Of a stretch of 64,000 bases of DNA, positions 48,287 to 58,431 are shown in pieces; positions within the stretch are counted from its first letter, which is position 1, and every line of letters starts with the position of its first letter. A model generated the notes under the pieces. The model saw only the letters and a program-made list of their open reading frames with translations, was not told the DNA's origin and did no database searches. The position numbers were made by a program, and so were the translations under genes. The stretch spans positions 96,001-160,000 of the forward strand of contig CBDCKN010000003.1 of NCBI GenBank assembly GCA_965218295.1. The letters run 5' to 3'. Source of the DNA: Longimicrobiales bacterium. Its GTDB lineage: Bacteria > Gemmatimonadota > Gemmatimonadetes > Longimicrobiales > Gaopeijiaceae.

Positions 48287-48326
48287 TCTTGTGAGTACCG
48301 TGCACGTCTTGTGAGTACCGTGCACG
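48287..48326 (+). repeat. 20-bp perfect tandem duplication TCTTGTGAGTACCGTGCACG x2
   Basis: 48287-48306 = 48307-48326. Confidence 0.9.
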
Positions 48327-48381
48327 TCACGTCGCAAGGTGCTCGCCGGCCTGACCGCGCTCGTGAAAGCACGAGACAAAC

Positions 48382-48480
48382 GTGACCACGGCCCTCCTCT
48401 ACGGCTGCTCCAGCACTGCCATGTTTAACATCAAAGGCCGGTCCTACCGGCTGAAGGAGCTCGAGAAGCTCATCCGCTGA
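48382..48480 (+). mobile_element. Degenerate 3' remnant of IS21-family istB helper ATPase
   Basis: VTTALL/RLLQHCHV/FNIKGRSYRLKELEKLIR* across two indels, matching the IstB C-terminal DRLLHH...GxSYR motif. Confidence 0.7.
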
Positions 48481-48760
48481 ACCTCGACGCGGTGCTACTC
48501 ACTCCCGTGCACCGCTTGGGGGTCGTCCGCTATGTTACGCTCCGAATGTGAAGCTCACAACCAGTGGGCCAGCGGCGCCGTTCGTTCCCGGGGCCACTGT
48601 GGCAGTCTGGAAAAACTGCCATCGATCGAGGCGCTGGGAACCCCTTTTGGCATAGGAAGGGTGGAAAAGGATGGGGAGGGCATTTTCCTCGAGCTCAACC
48701 GAAAGGACGCGCGTGGTTGCGATCATTTCACCTGAAGACTCGGAGAGACCCCAGTGGTCT

Positions 48761-50341
48761 ATGACGATAGGGGAGTTCCTGGATAAGGCGGCTTCCCTAC
48801 GGCCGGGTAAGACCTATCTCTATTTCCGCGACCAAGAAGTCAGCTTCCAGAATTTTCGGGAATATAGCCTTCGGACAGCTACCCTCTTCCGAGAGCTGGG
48901 TGTTCAGAAGGGAGATCGAGTTTGTCTTTTCCTGCCCAATTGCCCGGAATTCCTTTATGCCTGGTTGGGTCTGTCGCTCATTGGTGCCATAGGTGTCCCG
49001 ATCAACGCGGCCTATAAGGAAGAAGAAGGTGCCTTCATTCTCGAGAGTTGCGCAGCGCGGGTCTTACTAACGCATCACGCTTTGTTGGAGGTGGCCAAAA
49101 AAATGTGCGGGGATTCCCAGACCATCGGAAAGCTGATGGTTTCAGGCGAGGGCGGACGAAGCTCCCCTGAGTTTCTCGACTTTTCCCGAGAGCTTCAAAA
49201 GTGTCCCCCGTTGGCGGAGCCCGAGGAGGTTACGCCTCAAGATATATCCATGCTGATGTTTACATCAGGGACAACGGGGAAGCCTAAAGGGGTCATGGTG
49301 ACGCATGAAATGTACGTGGCCGCCGGGCAGGGGTATGCCACTTGGGTCGAGGCCGACTCTGAGGATCGCTTCTTCACCTGTCTCCCTCTTTGCCATGCGA
49401 ACGCCCAGTATTACTCCACCATGGGCTCTCTGGCGGTGGGGGCCAGTCTTATTATGGAGGAGCGCTTCAGTGCATCCAAATTCTGGGACCAGGCAAGGAG
49501 GTCCGGCGCGACCGTGGTAAACTTCATTGGCATGATGTTGCCTGTCCTCCTGAAGCAGCCGCGTGTGGAGTTCGATCCTCCGAATCAAGTGCGCGTCTGC
49601 TATGGTTCCCCCGCCTTCTCTCCGGAATTTCTAACCGAGTTTGAGAAGCGATTCAGTACAAAGGTGGTGATCGGTTTTGCATTAACGGAATGCGTGTTCG
49701 GGACGATAGAGCGTCTCGGCCAATCCCATAGGCCGCGCAGCTCGGGGGTGCCGCGTTGGCACCCAGATAGCCGTTTCGTAAACGAGCTGCGGATCGTGGG
49801 GGAGCAAGATGTACCCCTGCCGTCAGGAGAGGTGGGGGAGGTTCTGCTGCGCAACCCGGCCGTGACGCCTGGCTACTGGCAGAATGATGAGCAGACGACC
49901 GAGGCGCTACGCGGAGGCTGGCTCCACACGGGGGACCTCGGCCGCGTAGACGAGGAAGGTCACCTTTACTTTGTGGACCGGAAGAAGGACGTGATCCGAA
50001 GACGAGGGGAGAATATCGCCTCCTCGGAGGTGGAGGAGGTTTTGAAAAGAGAGCCAAGGATTCTGGACTGTGCCGTAATTGGTGTGCCGTCAGAGCTGGC
50101 GGAGGAAGAGGTGAAGGTGTTTGTGGTGCTCCGTCCGGGAGAGCAGATGGGGCCCGAGGAAATCGTTTCCTGGTGCGCTGAACGGTTGGCTCACTTCAAG
50201 GTCCCCCGATACGTGGAATTCCGCGCAGAGCTTCCCAGGACGCCCAGCCTGCGGGTACGCAAGAATTTGCTTCGCCGGGACGTTGCGGGGCCGGCGGGGG
50301 AATGCTTCGATCGGGAGAAAGCGGATATCCGTCTGCGCTAG
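48761..50341 (+). CDS. CaiC-like ATP-dependent acyl-CoA ligase
   Basis: FTSGTTGKPKGV, LPLCHANA, WLHTGD, DRKKDVIRRRGEN. Confidence 0.92.
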   Translation: MTIGEFLDKAASLRPGKTYLYFRDQEVSFQNFREYSLRTATLFRELGVQKGDRVCLFLPNCPEFLYAWLGLSLIGAIGVPINAAYKEEEGAFILESCAARVLLTHHALLEVAKKMCGDSQTIGKLMVSGEGGRSSPEFLDFSRELQKCPPLAEPEEVTPQDISMLMFTSGTTGKPKGVMVTHEMYVAAGQGYATWVEADSEDRFFTCLPLCHANAQYYSTMGSLAVGASLIMEERFSASKFWDQARRSGATVVNFIGMMLPVLLKQPRVEFDPPNQVRVCYGSPAFSPEFLTEFEKRFSTKVVIGFALTECVFGTIERLGQSHRPRSSGVPRWHPDSRFVNELRIVGEQDVPLPSGEVGEVLLRNPAVTPGYWQNDEQTTEALRGGWLHTGDLGRVDEEGHLYFVDRKKDVIRRRGENIASSEVEEVLKREPRILDCAVIGVPSELAEEEVKVFVVLRPGEQMGPEEIVSWCAERLAHFKVPRYVEFRAELPRTPSLRVRKNLLRRDVAGPAGECFDREKADIRLR

Positions 50342-50375
50342 GAACGGTCGGATGCCGCGGAAAGGAACCTAACTT

Positions 50376-50804
50376 TTGGCCGAGGCGAGAATCGAACCGG
50401 TCTCCCTGGAACCCGCTGCCTTCGAGGTGGGCAACACCGAAAATGAGTGTGGGCTTCTGGGCAACCGTTGTCCGCAATGCGATCTCGTGTTTTTTCCCCG
50501 ACGTCACTTTTGTACGCGCTGCTCCGCGTCGAGACTTGAAGAGATTCGGCTCAGCAAAAAGGGCCGTCTCTTGAGCTTCACCACAGTGTACCAGAAGCCC
50601 AAGTTTTCCAGCGTGGAGCCGCCCTATCTCATGGGGGAGATTGATCTCCCGGAAAGGGTGGTGGTCTATTCGCTGCTCTCCCAAAGTCAGCACGAAGAGC
50701 TGAAGATAGGGGGTGAAGTGGAGTTGGTCGCAGTAAAGGTGAGAGAGGAGGAGCGAGAGGGGAAGCGTGTGACCGTGATGGGCTATGCCTTCAGGCCGTG
50801 CTAA
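50376..50804 (+). CDS. DUF35 Zn-ribbon/OB-fold protein
   Basis: CPQC...FFPRR..CTRC, YAFRP. Confidence 0.9.
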   Translation: MAEARIEPVSLEPAAFEVGNTENECGLLGNRCPQCDLVFFPRRHFCTRCSASRLEEIRLSKKGRLLSFTTVYQKPKFSSVEPPYLMGEIDLPERVVVYSLLSQSQHEELKIGGEVELVAVKVREEEREGKRVTVMGYAFRPC

Positions 50805-50891
50805 TCCAAGCGTAAAAATAGATCTACATTTTCTCTAATCTGACAATAGGACTGCATCAAAATCATGGAAAGGGACGACGGAAAATAATCA

Positions 50892-52049
50892 ATGGCTGAG
50901 GTCTATGTCATAGGCGCGGGGTTTCATCCTTTCGGTCGTTTTCCCGAGTCCACCTTTGAAGATCTGAGCCGGGTGGCGATTGACCATGCCCTGCAAGATG
51001 CGGGCATACCCTTTCCCGCCGTTGAAGCAGCCTATGTTGGCAATGTCTCTTCGGGACTCTACGACGCCCGAAGGATCATTCAGCAGTTTGGCTGGTCGGG
51101 CATCCCCATATCCAGACTGGTGCAGGCATCGGCCAGCGGGTCTGCCGCGTTCAGAGAAGCCTATTTAATGGTGGCTCATGAGGTGTATGGCACCGCCCTG
51201 GTGGTTGGCTTCGAGAAGATGGAACGGGGCCTGCTGCCGGGGACTGTGGGGGTTATGACGGGCCGGCATCACCTGGATGTGATGGGACTCGACGCCATTC
51301 CGGCAAGGGTGGCGCTGGAGATGAAGAAGCGCATGGAGATGTTTGGCGAGAGCCCAGAGATGTTCGCCCAGGTGGCGGTGCAGGCCTCGGAATGTGCCGC
51401 CACGAATCCCAACGCCCATTATCGAAACAGGCATAGCATCCAGGAGGTTCTCCAATCCAGAATGATCAGCGAACCGCTCACCCTTTACCAGTGTTGCCCC
51501 ACGAGTGACGGCGCAGCAGCCGTGATCCTCTGTAGTGAGTCCAGGGCCAGACAGGTTGGCTTGAGTCGTGCCGTGCGGGTGGCGGGTTGGGCCTCCGGCT
51601 CACCGGACTACACCGATTACATCGGTGGCCCGGGAAGCGATATCGGAGGGGATTTTAAAGGTCAGACCCTGAGCCGTCGGCTGGTGCGGACGGCTTACGA
51701 AAGGGCTGGCGCGGGGCCTGAAGAGATCCGGGTAGCGCAAGTTCATGATCCCTTTACCCTGGCCGCCTTGGTCGACTTGGAAAGCCTTGGTTTCTGTGCC
51801 GAAGGGGAGGCGGGTCGGTGGTACATGGAGGGGAAGTCTCATATCAACGGTAAGGTGGCCATCAACACGGATGGAGGGCTTTTGTGTAAAGGGCATCCCC
51901 TCGGGGCCTCAGGGGTGGCGCAGGTGGCTGAGATCACATGCCAGCTGCGCGGCGAGTCCGGACCGCGTCAAGTTCCGGGAAAACCAAAGCTGGGGCTCAC
52001 GCACAATTCCGGTGCGGGGATGATCAACATCCATGTTTTTCAAAAATAG
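50892..52049 (+). CDS. SCP2/Ltp2-type thiolase-family protein
   Basis: CCPTSDGAAA, QVHDPFT, INTDGGLL.KGHPLGASG; ASASG where thiolases have ACASG. Confidence 0.9.
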   Translation: MAEVYVIGAGFHPFGRFPESTFEDLSRVAIDHALQDAGIPFPAVEAAYVGNVSSGLYDARRIIQQFGWSGIPISRLVQASASGSAAFREAYLMVAHEVYGTALVVGFEKMERGLLPGTVGVMTGRHHLDVMGLDAIPARVALEMKKRMEMFGESPEMFAQVAVQASECAATNPNAHYRNRHSIQEVLQSRMISEPLTLYQCCPTSDGAAAVILCSESRARQVGLSRAVRVAGWASGSPDYTDYIGGPGSDIGGDFKGQTLSRRLVRTAYERAGAGPEEIRVAQVHDPFTLAALVDLESLGFCAEGEAGRWYMEGKSHINGKVAINTDGGLLCKGHPLGASGVAQVAEITCQLRGESGPRQVPGKPKLGLTHNSGAGMINIHVFQK

Positions 52050-52107
52050 CGGACTCACGCATACGCCTTTCCATCCGAGGCCACGGCGCGAAGTCGCGGT
52101 CGCGGCC

Positions 52108-53958
52108 CTACCGCGGAATCACGGGCAGCAAAACGTGGGACGGGTACTCCGGGCTGTGGTAGACGGCCTGCTGGGCCGTCTCCATTCGGGTGCCCGTTCC
52201 CGGATCCTCCCCGGTATTCAGGTTTCGATCGAATCGCGGGAAGTTGCTGCTGGAGATCTCGAACCGGATCCTATGCCCAGGTAGGAACGTATTGCTGGTC
52301 GACCACAGGTCGATCGTGTACTCGTAGATACTGCCGGGTTCGATCTGGGTCGGCTGCGTGGGTGAGTCGCGATAGCGGGCCCGAATGATCCCGTCCTGAA
52401 TGTTCTGCGCGTAGCCGTCGGGATGCACGTCCACGAGCTTAGCGGTCCAGTCGGTGTCCCTTGCTGACGTTGCGGCATACAGTGTGACAGTGATCGGGCC
52501 CGTTACTTCGACCGGCTCCGTCAACACGGGTGACGCATAAACCAGCACGTCGTGGCGGCGCTCGGCAGCACGCTGATCAAATGCGCCCATTGGCACGAGG
52601 TCGCTCCGGCAGCAGTTGTTGCCGCCGAGCGTCGGAACCGGATTGGCAGGATCATATATGAACGTGTCACTCGGGGTGCCACCCTCGGGCGGGTCGGTGG
52701 ACAGGCTGCCGTCACCAAAAAGTGTGTTCGCGTTGCCGCCGCTGTGCAGGTAGTACTTCGTGTACCGCGTCCGCTCAAGTGGCCACTCATTCTCGTACCG
52801 CCAGTAGTTCTCGCCCATCACAAATATCTTGATCGGCGGCTCGTCGGCGACACCGTTGTCCATGCCCTTCAACCAGTAATCGAACCAGCGCAGGTAGACC
52901 GGCTGCATGTCGACTTCCGCCGCCGGACCGAAGTCGACCCGGTTGGTCTGATACGGCGCGTCGCCGCGGAAATTCGATCTACTGCCAGTGCTGTGCACCC
53001 ACGGCCCGACCATGAGCCGCTTGCCCTGTCTGGCCACCTCGGTCTTGCCCTGTTCCCGGATCTCGACGTCGTCCTGAAGCATTCCGCTCAGGAAGATGTC
53101 ATACCAGCCGCCAACGTTTAACATCGGCACCGCGACTTCGTCCTGCGCCGCCTCGTGGCTGTTATCGTCCCAGTAAGCGTCACGCGTCGGGTGCCTCACC
53201 CAGTCGCGGTAGTGCTGGTTGCGGCGACCCACAGCCTCGTCCGCGGTGGCAATCGGTAGATGCTGGAACGCCTCGGGCCAGTCGTAGGCGAGGTACTCCT
53301 GGTTGACCCGCCCGTCGATGAAGAGACCGCCCCAGGGCAGAGCAAATCCATACTGAAACGCGCCGCCCGTGTAGATCCAGTTCCCGTAGATGTTCAGTGT
53401 CGTCACCGTCGGGGCCATGGCGGTCAGGTACTCACTACCGCGGATCGCCTGCGTCATCTGCGTGAACCCGACGTACGACCCGCCCATCGTCCCGATCTTG
53501 CCGTTGCTCCACGGCTGCGTACCCAGCCATTCGTCGGTATCGAAGCCGTCGTCTGGCTCGTTCTTGAACGCGTAGAAGGTACCGTCGGAATCGTAGCGAC
53601 CGCGGACGTCCTGCTGAACGACAACGTAGCCGCGCTCGGCGAACCATTTCGATTGCTCGACCGCGCCTAGCGAGTTGTTGCTGTAGGGCGTGCGCACGAG
53701 AATCACGGGGAACGTTCCGTCGGCATCTGGCCGGTAGATGTCGGCCGAGAGGGTCACACCATCGCGCATCGGAACGCGAACGTTGTGCTCCATCCACACG
53801 TCGTAGCTCGGTTTCGAGAGTGTGCCCTGGTCATAATGGACGACGTCCGTCGGCTGTTGAGCCACGCCGACAATCTGTCCGCTGAGTCCCGGAGGGACGA
53901 CCGCCGCGAGTCCCGTCACACCCGCGAGGAACAGGATGGGAAATGAACGCCGCATCAT
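52108..53958 (-). CDS. CocE/NonD family hydrolase, copy 2
   Basis: Near-identical to 38768-40654; GGSY nucleophile motif. Confidence 0.95.
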   Translation of the reverse strand: MMRRSFPILFLAGVTGLAAVVPPGLSGQIVGVAQQPTDVVHYDQGTLSKPSYDVWMEHNVRVPMRDGVTLSADIYRPDADGTFPVILVRTPYSNNSLGAVEQSKWFAERGYVVVQQDVRGRYDSDGTFYAFKNEPDDGFDTDEWLGTQPWSNGKIGTMGGSYVGFTQMTQAIRGSEYLTAMAPTVTTLNIYGNWIYTGGAFQYGFALPWGGLFIDGRVNQEYLAYDWPEAFQHLPIATADEAVGRRNQHYRDWVRHPTRDAYWDDNSHEAAQDEVAVPMLNVGGWYDIFLSGMLQDDVEIREQGKTEVARQGKRLMVGPWVHSTGSRSNFRGDAPYQTNRVDFGPAAEVDMQPVYLRWFDYWLKGMDNGVADEPPIKIFVMGENYWRYENEWPLERTRYTKYYLHSGGNANTLFGDGSLSTDPPEGGTPSDTFIYDPANPVPTLGGNNCCRSDLVPMGAFDQRAAERRHDVLVYASPVLTEPVEVTGPITVTLYAATSARDTDWTAKLVDVHPDGYAQNIQDGIIRARYRDSPTQPTQIEPGSIYEYTIDLWSTSNTFLPGHRIRFEISSSNFPRFDRNLNTGEDPGTGTRMETAQQAVYHSPEYPSHVLLPVIPR

Positions 53959-54284
53959 CGCTTCACCTCCATATGAAGGACGGGTAACCTTTCCCGCCGC
54001 TGCCGATCAGGGCGGTGACTTCGTAGGAGCCTGGGCGGAGGGCCATGTTGGCTACGGTAACGGAGGGGCTATTCTACCGCCAGTTGGTCTATCGGGTAAG
54101 CACAACCTCATTTGCATATTTCCTTCAACAGGTGGTGTCCTGCGCCCTGCGGCCTATATCTTTTGTTCCTCAGGGCCCACATTTGGCGTTTTCTGTATTT
54201 TCTTCCAGTGCATTGCGAAGTGAAAAGCAGAAACCCTTTTTGACATCGTGCTCGACAAAACCTCATATTAGGAAATCCATGCTT

Positions 54285-55073
54285 ATGTCCAACAATGTTG
54301 TGCTCCTAGGTATCGACGCCCGCGGCGTCGCAACGATTACGTTGAATCGCCCGGAGGTAAACAATGCTTATAACGATGCGGTGATCGGCGGACTGAACGA
54401 TGCACTTGCCGCCTGTGATGCCGATGACAATGTTCGCGCAGTGATCGTGCGTGGAAACGGAAAGCACTTTCAGGCCGGAGCCGATCTGAAATGGTTACGC
54501 AGCGTCAGTGCTCTTGGTGCCGAGGAAAACATCGAGATCTCGCGCCGTACGGCCGATGTCATGCGCAGCATCGACCGATTCCCAAAACCCACTGTGGCCC
54601 TGGTGCACGGTGGCTGTTTCGGTGGCGGTGTGGGCATCATCGCCTCGTGCGACGTGGTGATTGCCTCCGAAGACGCCACCTTTGGCATCACGGAGGTCCG
54701 TTGGGGCATGGCGCCGATCATTATCATTCCGCAATTGATCGCCGCCATCGGCGCGCGCAACGTGCGACGCTATGCGCTGTCGTGCGAACGCTTCGATGCG
54801 AAACGGGCGAAAGCCATGGGTCTAGTGCATGAGATCTGCCCTCGCGGCGGATTGGACAAAGCGGCGGCGCCGATTATCGATCAGCTTTTTCTGAGCGCAC
54901 CGAGCGCGCTTGCACAGACAAAAGTCGCCGTGCTGGAGCACAGCGATACCCTATACTCACCCGGGTACTTCGAGCAACTGGTGGGCCAGCACGCAGAAAA
55001 ACGCCGGTCTGCTGAAGCCCGCGAGGGGATGGAAAGCTTTCAGGAGAAGCGCAAACCTGATTGGTACCGATGA
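54285..55073 (+). CDS. Enoyl-CoA hydratase (methylglutaconyl-CoA hydratase-like)
   Basis: LNRPEVNNA, FQAGADL, GGGVG, TEVRWG, FQEKRKPDW. Confidence 0.9.
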   Translation: MSNNVVLLGIDARGVATITLNRPEVNNAYNDAVIGGLNDALAACDADDNVRAVIVRGNGKHFQAGADLKWLRSVSALGAEENIEISRRTADVMRSIDRFPKPTVALVHGGCFGGGVGIIASCDVVIASEDATFGITEVRWGMAPIIIIPQLIAAIGARNVRRYALSCERFDAKRAKAMGLVHEICPRGGLDKAAAPIIDQLFLSAPSALAQTKVAVLEHSDTLYSPGYFEQLVGQHAEKRRSAEAREGMESFQEKRKPDWYR

Positions 55074-55193
55074 GCTGAGTGTGCGCGGCCTCGTTACTGG
55101 CGCCCCCTGCTTTGGCGTCGTCATAGGTTTTGATCTGCCAATGCGCACTCGTCCCCGCCTTTGGCCTCATGAAACAAGTGGAAAACGACGATT

Positions 55194-57014
55194 ATGCCTG
55201 ACATGGAAAGCCTGCGGAAACCGCCAACTATTCATCAAATCGATGTCGCCGTCATCGGCGCGGGCGGCGCCGGCCTGCGCGCCGCAAGAGGACTTGCTGA
55301 GGCTGATATACCGGTCGCCATTTTGTCGAAGGTTCCCTTCAAGTTGGCTCACACCCGCGAAGCTCAGGGAGGCATCGCCGCACAGCGTGGTGCCCCGGAT
55401 TCTTTTGAGATCCACCTGCAGGACACGATCAAGGGTGGCAACTACCTGGTTGATGCTGACGCTGCCGACATCCTCGTCAAAGAAGCTCCCGAGGTCCTCG
55501 ATGACATGCGGGAGATCATGGTCCAGTATGACATGGATTTTGACAAGGAAGACGACAAGGTCACCATTCGCCTGAAAACGTTTGGTGGCCATTCCCAGGC
55601 GCGGGGACATTCGGTTGGCGACAAGACCGGAGAAGCCCTGCATGAATCCATCCTCCGGAAGCTTAAGGAGATCAAAGCTTCTAGAGAAAAGGAAGGCAAG
55701 ACACCGGTTGAATTCTACGAAAAGTACTTTGTCACCAGGCTCATTCGAGTAGGTGACCAGATCGCCGGCGTCGTTGCCATCAACACTGATGACTACACGG
55801 TTCATGTGTTTCAGACCAAAGCCCTCATCATGGCGACGGGAGGGACCGGGCAGGTGTTCGCCTATACGTCGAACACCGAAGACAACACCGGTGACGGCTA
55901 CGCCCTCGCGCTCGAAGCCGGCATCGGCGTGCAGGATATGGAGTTCATACAGTTCCATCCGACCGGTATCCCCGTCAAGATGGGCGAAGCGGACCAGATC
56001 AGACTCGAAACGGTCGCCGGTTTTCGAGATCCCCGTCCGGGATTCCTCATTTCGGAGAAGACGCGGTCAGAGGGCGCCTACCTGCTCAATTCCAAAGGTG
56101 AGCGCTTCATGGACAAATACGATGAGCGCCTGGAGATGGCTCCCAGAGATGTCGTTTCACGTGCCATCTATATGGAGATTACCGAGGGGCGTGGCATTCC
56201 TCTCGAGGGGGAAACGGAAGCCAAATACGTCCACCTCGACATGCGTCATATCCCCGACCTTCACGCCAGAACACCGGGCGCCATCGACTCGATCAACACC
56301 CAACTGGGGCTCGATGCCCAGAATGACCTCGTTCCGATCAGACCGACTGCCCACTATACGATGGGCGGCATCCCGATCGATCTCGGTACACGTGTTGTCA
56401 TTGACGAGGAGCAGAGACGTCCCGATTACCAGCCGAAAACCGTCGGTGGGCTCTACGCGGCCGGCGAAGCCGCGAATGCATCAGTACACGGAGCAAATCG
56501 ACTGGGAACCAACTCCCTTCTCGAGATTTTCGTTTTCGGCCGTAAAGCGGCGACAACGGTTGGAGCGGATATAGTCGACCGGGAGTATCTGGAGCTTCCG
56601 GAGGATGTGATGACGTCGACTCGAGAGGAGCTGGACGCCCTGCTAGAGATTGACGGAAAAGAAGATATCCGCGAGCTGCGTGAGGATTTGCAGGACTTGA
56701 TGGAGCAGAACGTCGGAGTATTCAGGAACGAAGAGCTCCTGACTAGGGCATTGAGCGGCATCGAAAGCTTATGGAAAAGACACGAAAGCATTCGGCCGGA
56801 GACCCCCGAGGATTACCGGGCACTCAGAGAGCTGCGCAACATGCTGCGGGTCGCCAAGGTCATATCGACGAGCGCGCTCAATCGCCAGGAATCACGTGGC
56901 GGGCACAATCGGGTGGACTTCAAGGAGACGAAAGAGGAGTTCCGCAAGCACACCCTTGCCAGGACCGGCGAGGACGGAAGCGTTACGCTTACCTACAAGG
57001 CGGTGTGCACCTAG
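55194..57014 (+). CDS. Succinate dehydrogenase/fumarate reductase flavoprotein-like, stand-alone
   Basis: GAGGAGL, AHTREAQGG, QFHPTG, APRDVVSR, HYTMGG, HGANRLGTNSL, ESRGGH. Confidence 0.88.
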   Translation: MPDMESLRKPPTIHQIDVAVIGAGGAGLRAARGLAEADIPVAILSKVPFKLAHTREAQGGIAAQRGAPDSFEIHLQDTIKGGNYLVDADAADILVKEAPEVLDDMREIMVQYDMDFDKEDDKVTIRLKTFGGHSQARGHSVGDKTGEALHESILRKLKEIKASREKEGKTPVEFYEKYFVTRLIRVGDQIAGVVAINTDDYTVHVFQTKALIMATGGTGQVFAYTSNTEDNTGDGYALALEAGIGVQDMEFIQFHPTGIPVKMGEADQIRLETVAGFRDPRPGFLISEKTRSEGAYLLNSKGERFMDKYDERLEMAPRDVVSRAIYMEITEGRGIPLEGETEAKYVHLDMRHIPDLHARTPGAIDSINTQLGLDAQNDLVPIRPTAHYTMGGIPIDLGTRVVIDEEQRRPDYQPKTVGGLYAAGEAANASVHGANRLGTNSLLEIFVFGRKAATTVGADIVDREYLELPEDVMTSTREELDALLEIDGKEDIRELREDLQDLMEQNVGVFRNEELLTRALSGIESLWKRHESIRPETPEDYRALRELRNMLRVAKVISTSALNRQESRGGHNRVDFKETKEEFRKHTLARTGEDGSVTLTYKAVCT

Positions 57015-57071
57015 CCCGTCCGCACGGAGCCAAGATCTGCTCGGTGACCGGCGGTCACCGCTGGTCGCCGT

Positions 57072-58103
57072 TTACCCCGCGAGCTCCTGGCGTACGATGG
57101 CTGCACCGGCGACCATCGATTTAATCTTGCCGAAGGCGACGTGGCGCGGGCAGTGATTGAACCCGCAGTCGGGAGTCACGACAATGCGCTCGGGCGCTAC
57201 GTGCTCTGCCGCCAGTTTGACGTTGGCAGCCACTTCCTCCGGCGTTTCCACGAAATAGGACTTTACGTCGACGACTCCGACGCCCACCTTGCACTCCGTC
57301 GGCAACTGTTCGAGTAGGCCGATCTGCGCAAACTCGCGGTTGGCAAACTCGAAATTGAACTGATCACAATTGGCATCACCGAGGTTGGGGGTGATGTACG
57401 AGTAGTTCCGTTTGTCGTGTGATCTCCCCTTGAAGTTGCCGAAGCAGAAATGCAATCCGACGGTGGCATCCACACCGTCGCGGGTTTTGTTGAAGATGCT
57501 AATCAGCTTTTTCGCGTCTTCGTGAGTCGTGGCGTAGCGCGGTTCGTCAATTTGCAAATAGGTTCCTCCGGCGTTGACGAGGGCTTTCATCTCCGCGTTG
57601 ACAATCTGGGTCATGGCGGCTATCAGCGACTCTTTGTCCGAGTACCCTCCCTTGAGGATGAGCGGGAGTGACAGCGTGATTGGGCCGGGCACGCAGATCT
57701 TGACAGGTTTGTCAGTCAGCGTTTTCAGGTACTCGAGCTCTTCGACGACACCGAGACCGTTGGGAGCTGTAACTTCGCCGACAACTTCGTAGCGCGGATT
57801 CTGGTCGTATCCCGCCGAGCCGAAGGTCCTCCGTGGCGAGATCTTGTTGAGCCCGCTCATGAGGCCATAGAAATTCTGAATGAAATCACGACGACGCATC
57901 TCGCCGTCTGTGAGTATATCGATCCCGGCTTTCTGCTGGTCGAGCAATGCCATGTTGACAGCATCGTCGAGCGTCTCCTGGATATCCGATTCGCCGAGAT
58001 CGCCATGCTCTTCTGCTCGTTCAATCGCGATCCACAGCCAGCTCGGCAGCGCGTAACTGCCGATGAGTTCCGTCGGAAAGAGCTGATTCATCTGTCGGAT
58101 CAC
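57072..58103 (-). CDS. Cobalamin-independent methionine synthase II (MetE C-terminal) family protein; start 58103 or 58091
   Basis: IGSY, TDGEMRR, PGPIT, QIDEP, HFCFGN, PDCG. Confidence 0.9.
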   Translation of the reverse strand: MIRQMNQLFPTELIGSYALPSWLWIAIERAEEHGDLGESDIQETLDDAVNMALLDQQKAGIDILTDGEMRRRDFIQNFYGLMSGLNKISPRRTFGSAGYDQNPRYEVVGEVTAPNGLGVVEELEYLKTLTDKPVKICVPGPITLSLPLILKGGYSDKESLIAAMTQIVNAEMKALVNAGGTYLQIDEPRYATTHEDAKKLISIFNKTRDGVDATVGLHFCFGNFKGRSHDKRNYSYITPNLGDANCDQFNFEFANREFAQIGLLEQLPTECKVGVGVVDVKSYFVETPEEVAANVKLAAEHVAPERIVVTPDCGFNHCPRHVAFGKIKSMVAGAAIVRQELAG

Positions 58104-58302
58104 CTTATTGGTTTCCGCCCCACCACCTCGAGGTCGTTGGCGAAAATGATTGACTGGCCAGAGGCTGTAGGGATAGGCACCATAGGGGCATGGCGTCCGC
58201 TATCGGCCCAACCCAGCAGCTAAGCAGCCCGAAGACGAAGAGGCGTTCTCCCCTTGGAGTGGGAATCGTAGACTCATCGCTCGCACCAGGGGTGCGGCAC
58301 TC

Positions 58303-58431
58303 AAGTATCGGAATATCGGCGTTCGCGTCGAGGACAACTACGTCCTCACGCCCGGGGGGCTCACGCGTCTATCTGACGTGCCCCGCGAAATCGCGGACCT
58401 CGAGGCTTTGCGCGCGGCAGGCCCTCGCTAG
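58303..58431 (+). pseudogene. C-terminal remnant of M24 Xaa-Pro aminopeptidase
   Basis: KYRNIGVRVEDNYVLTPGGLTRLSDVPREIADLE. Confidence 0.7.

Noticed and set aside
38768..53958. Diversity-generating retroelement explaining CocE variation
   Set aside because: No reverse transcriptase; the duplication is gene-length and differences do not appear adenine-restricted
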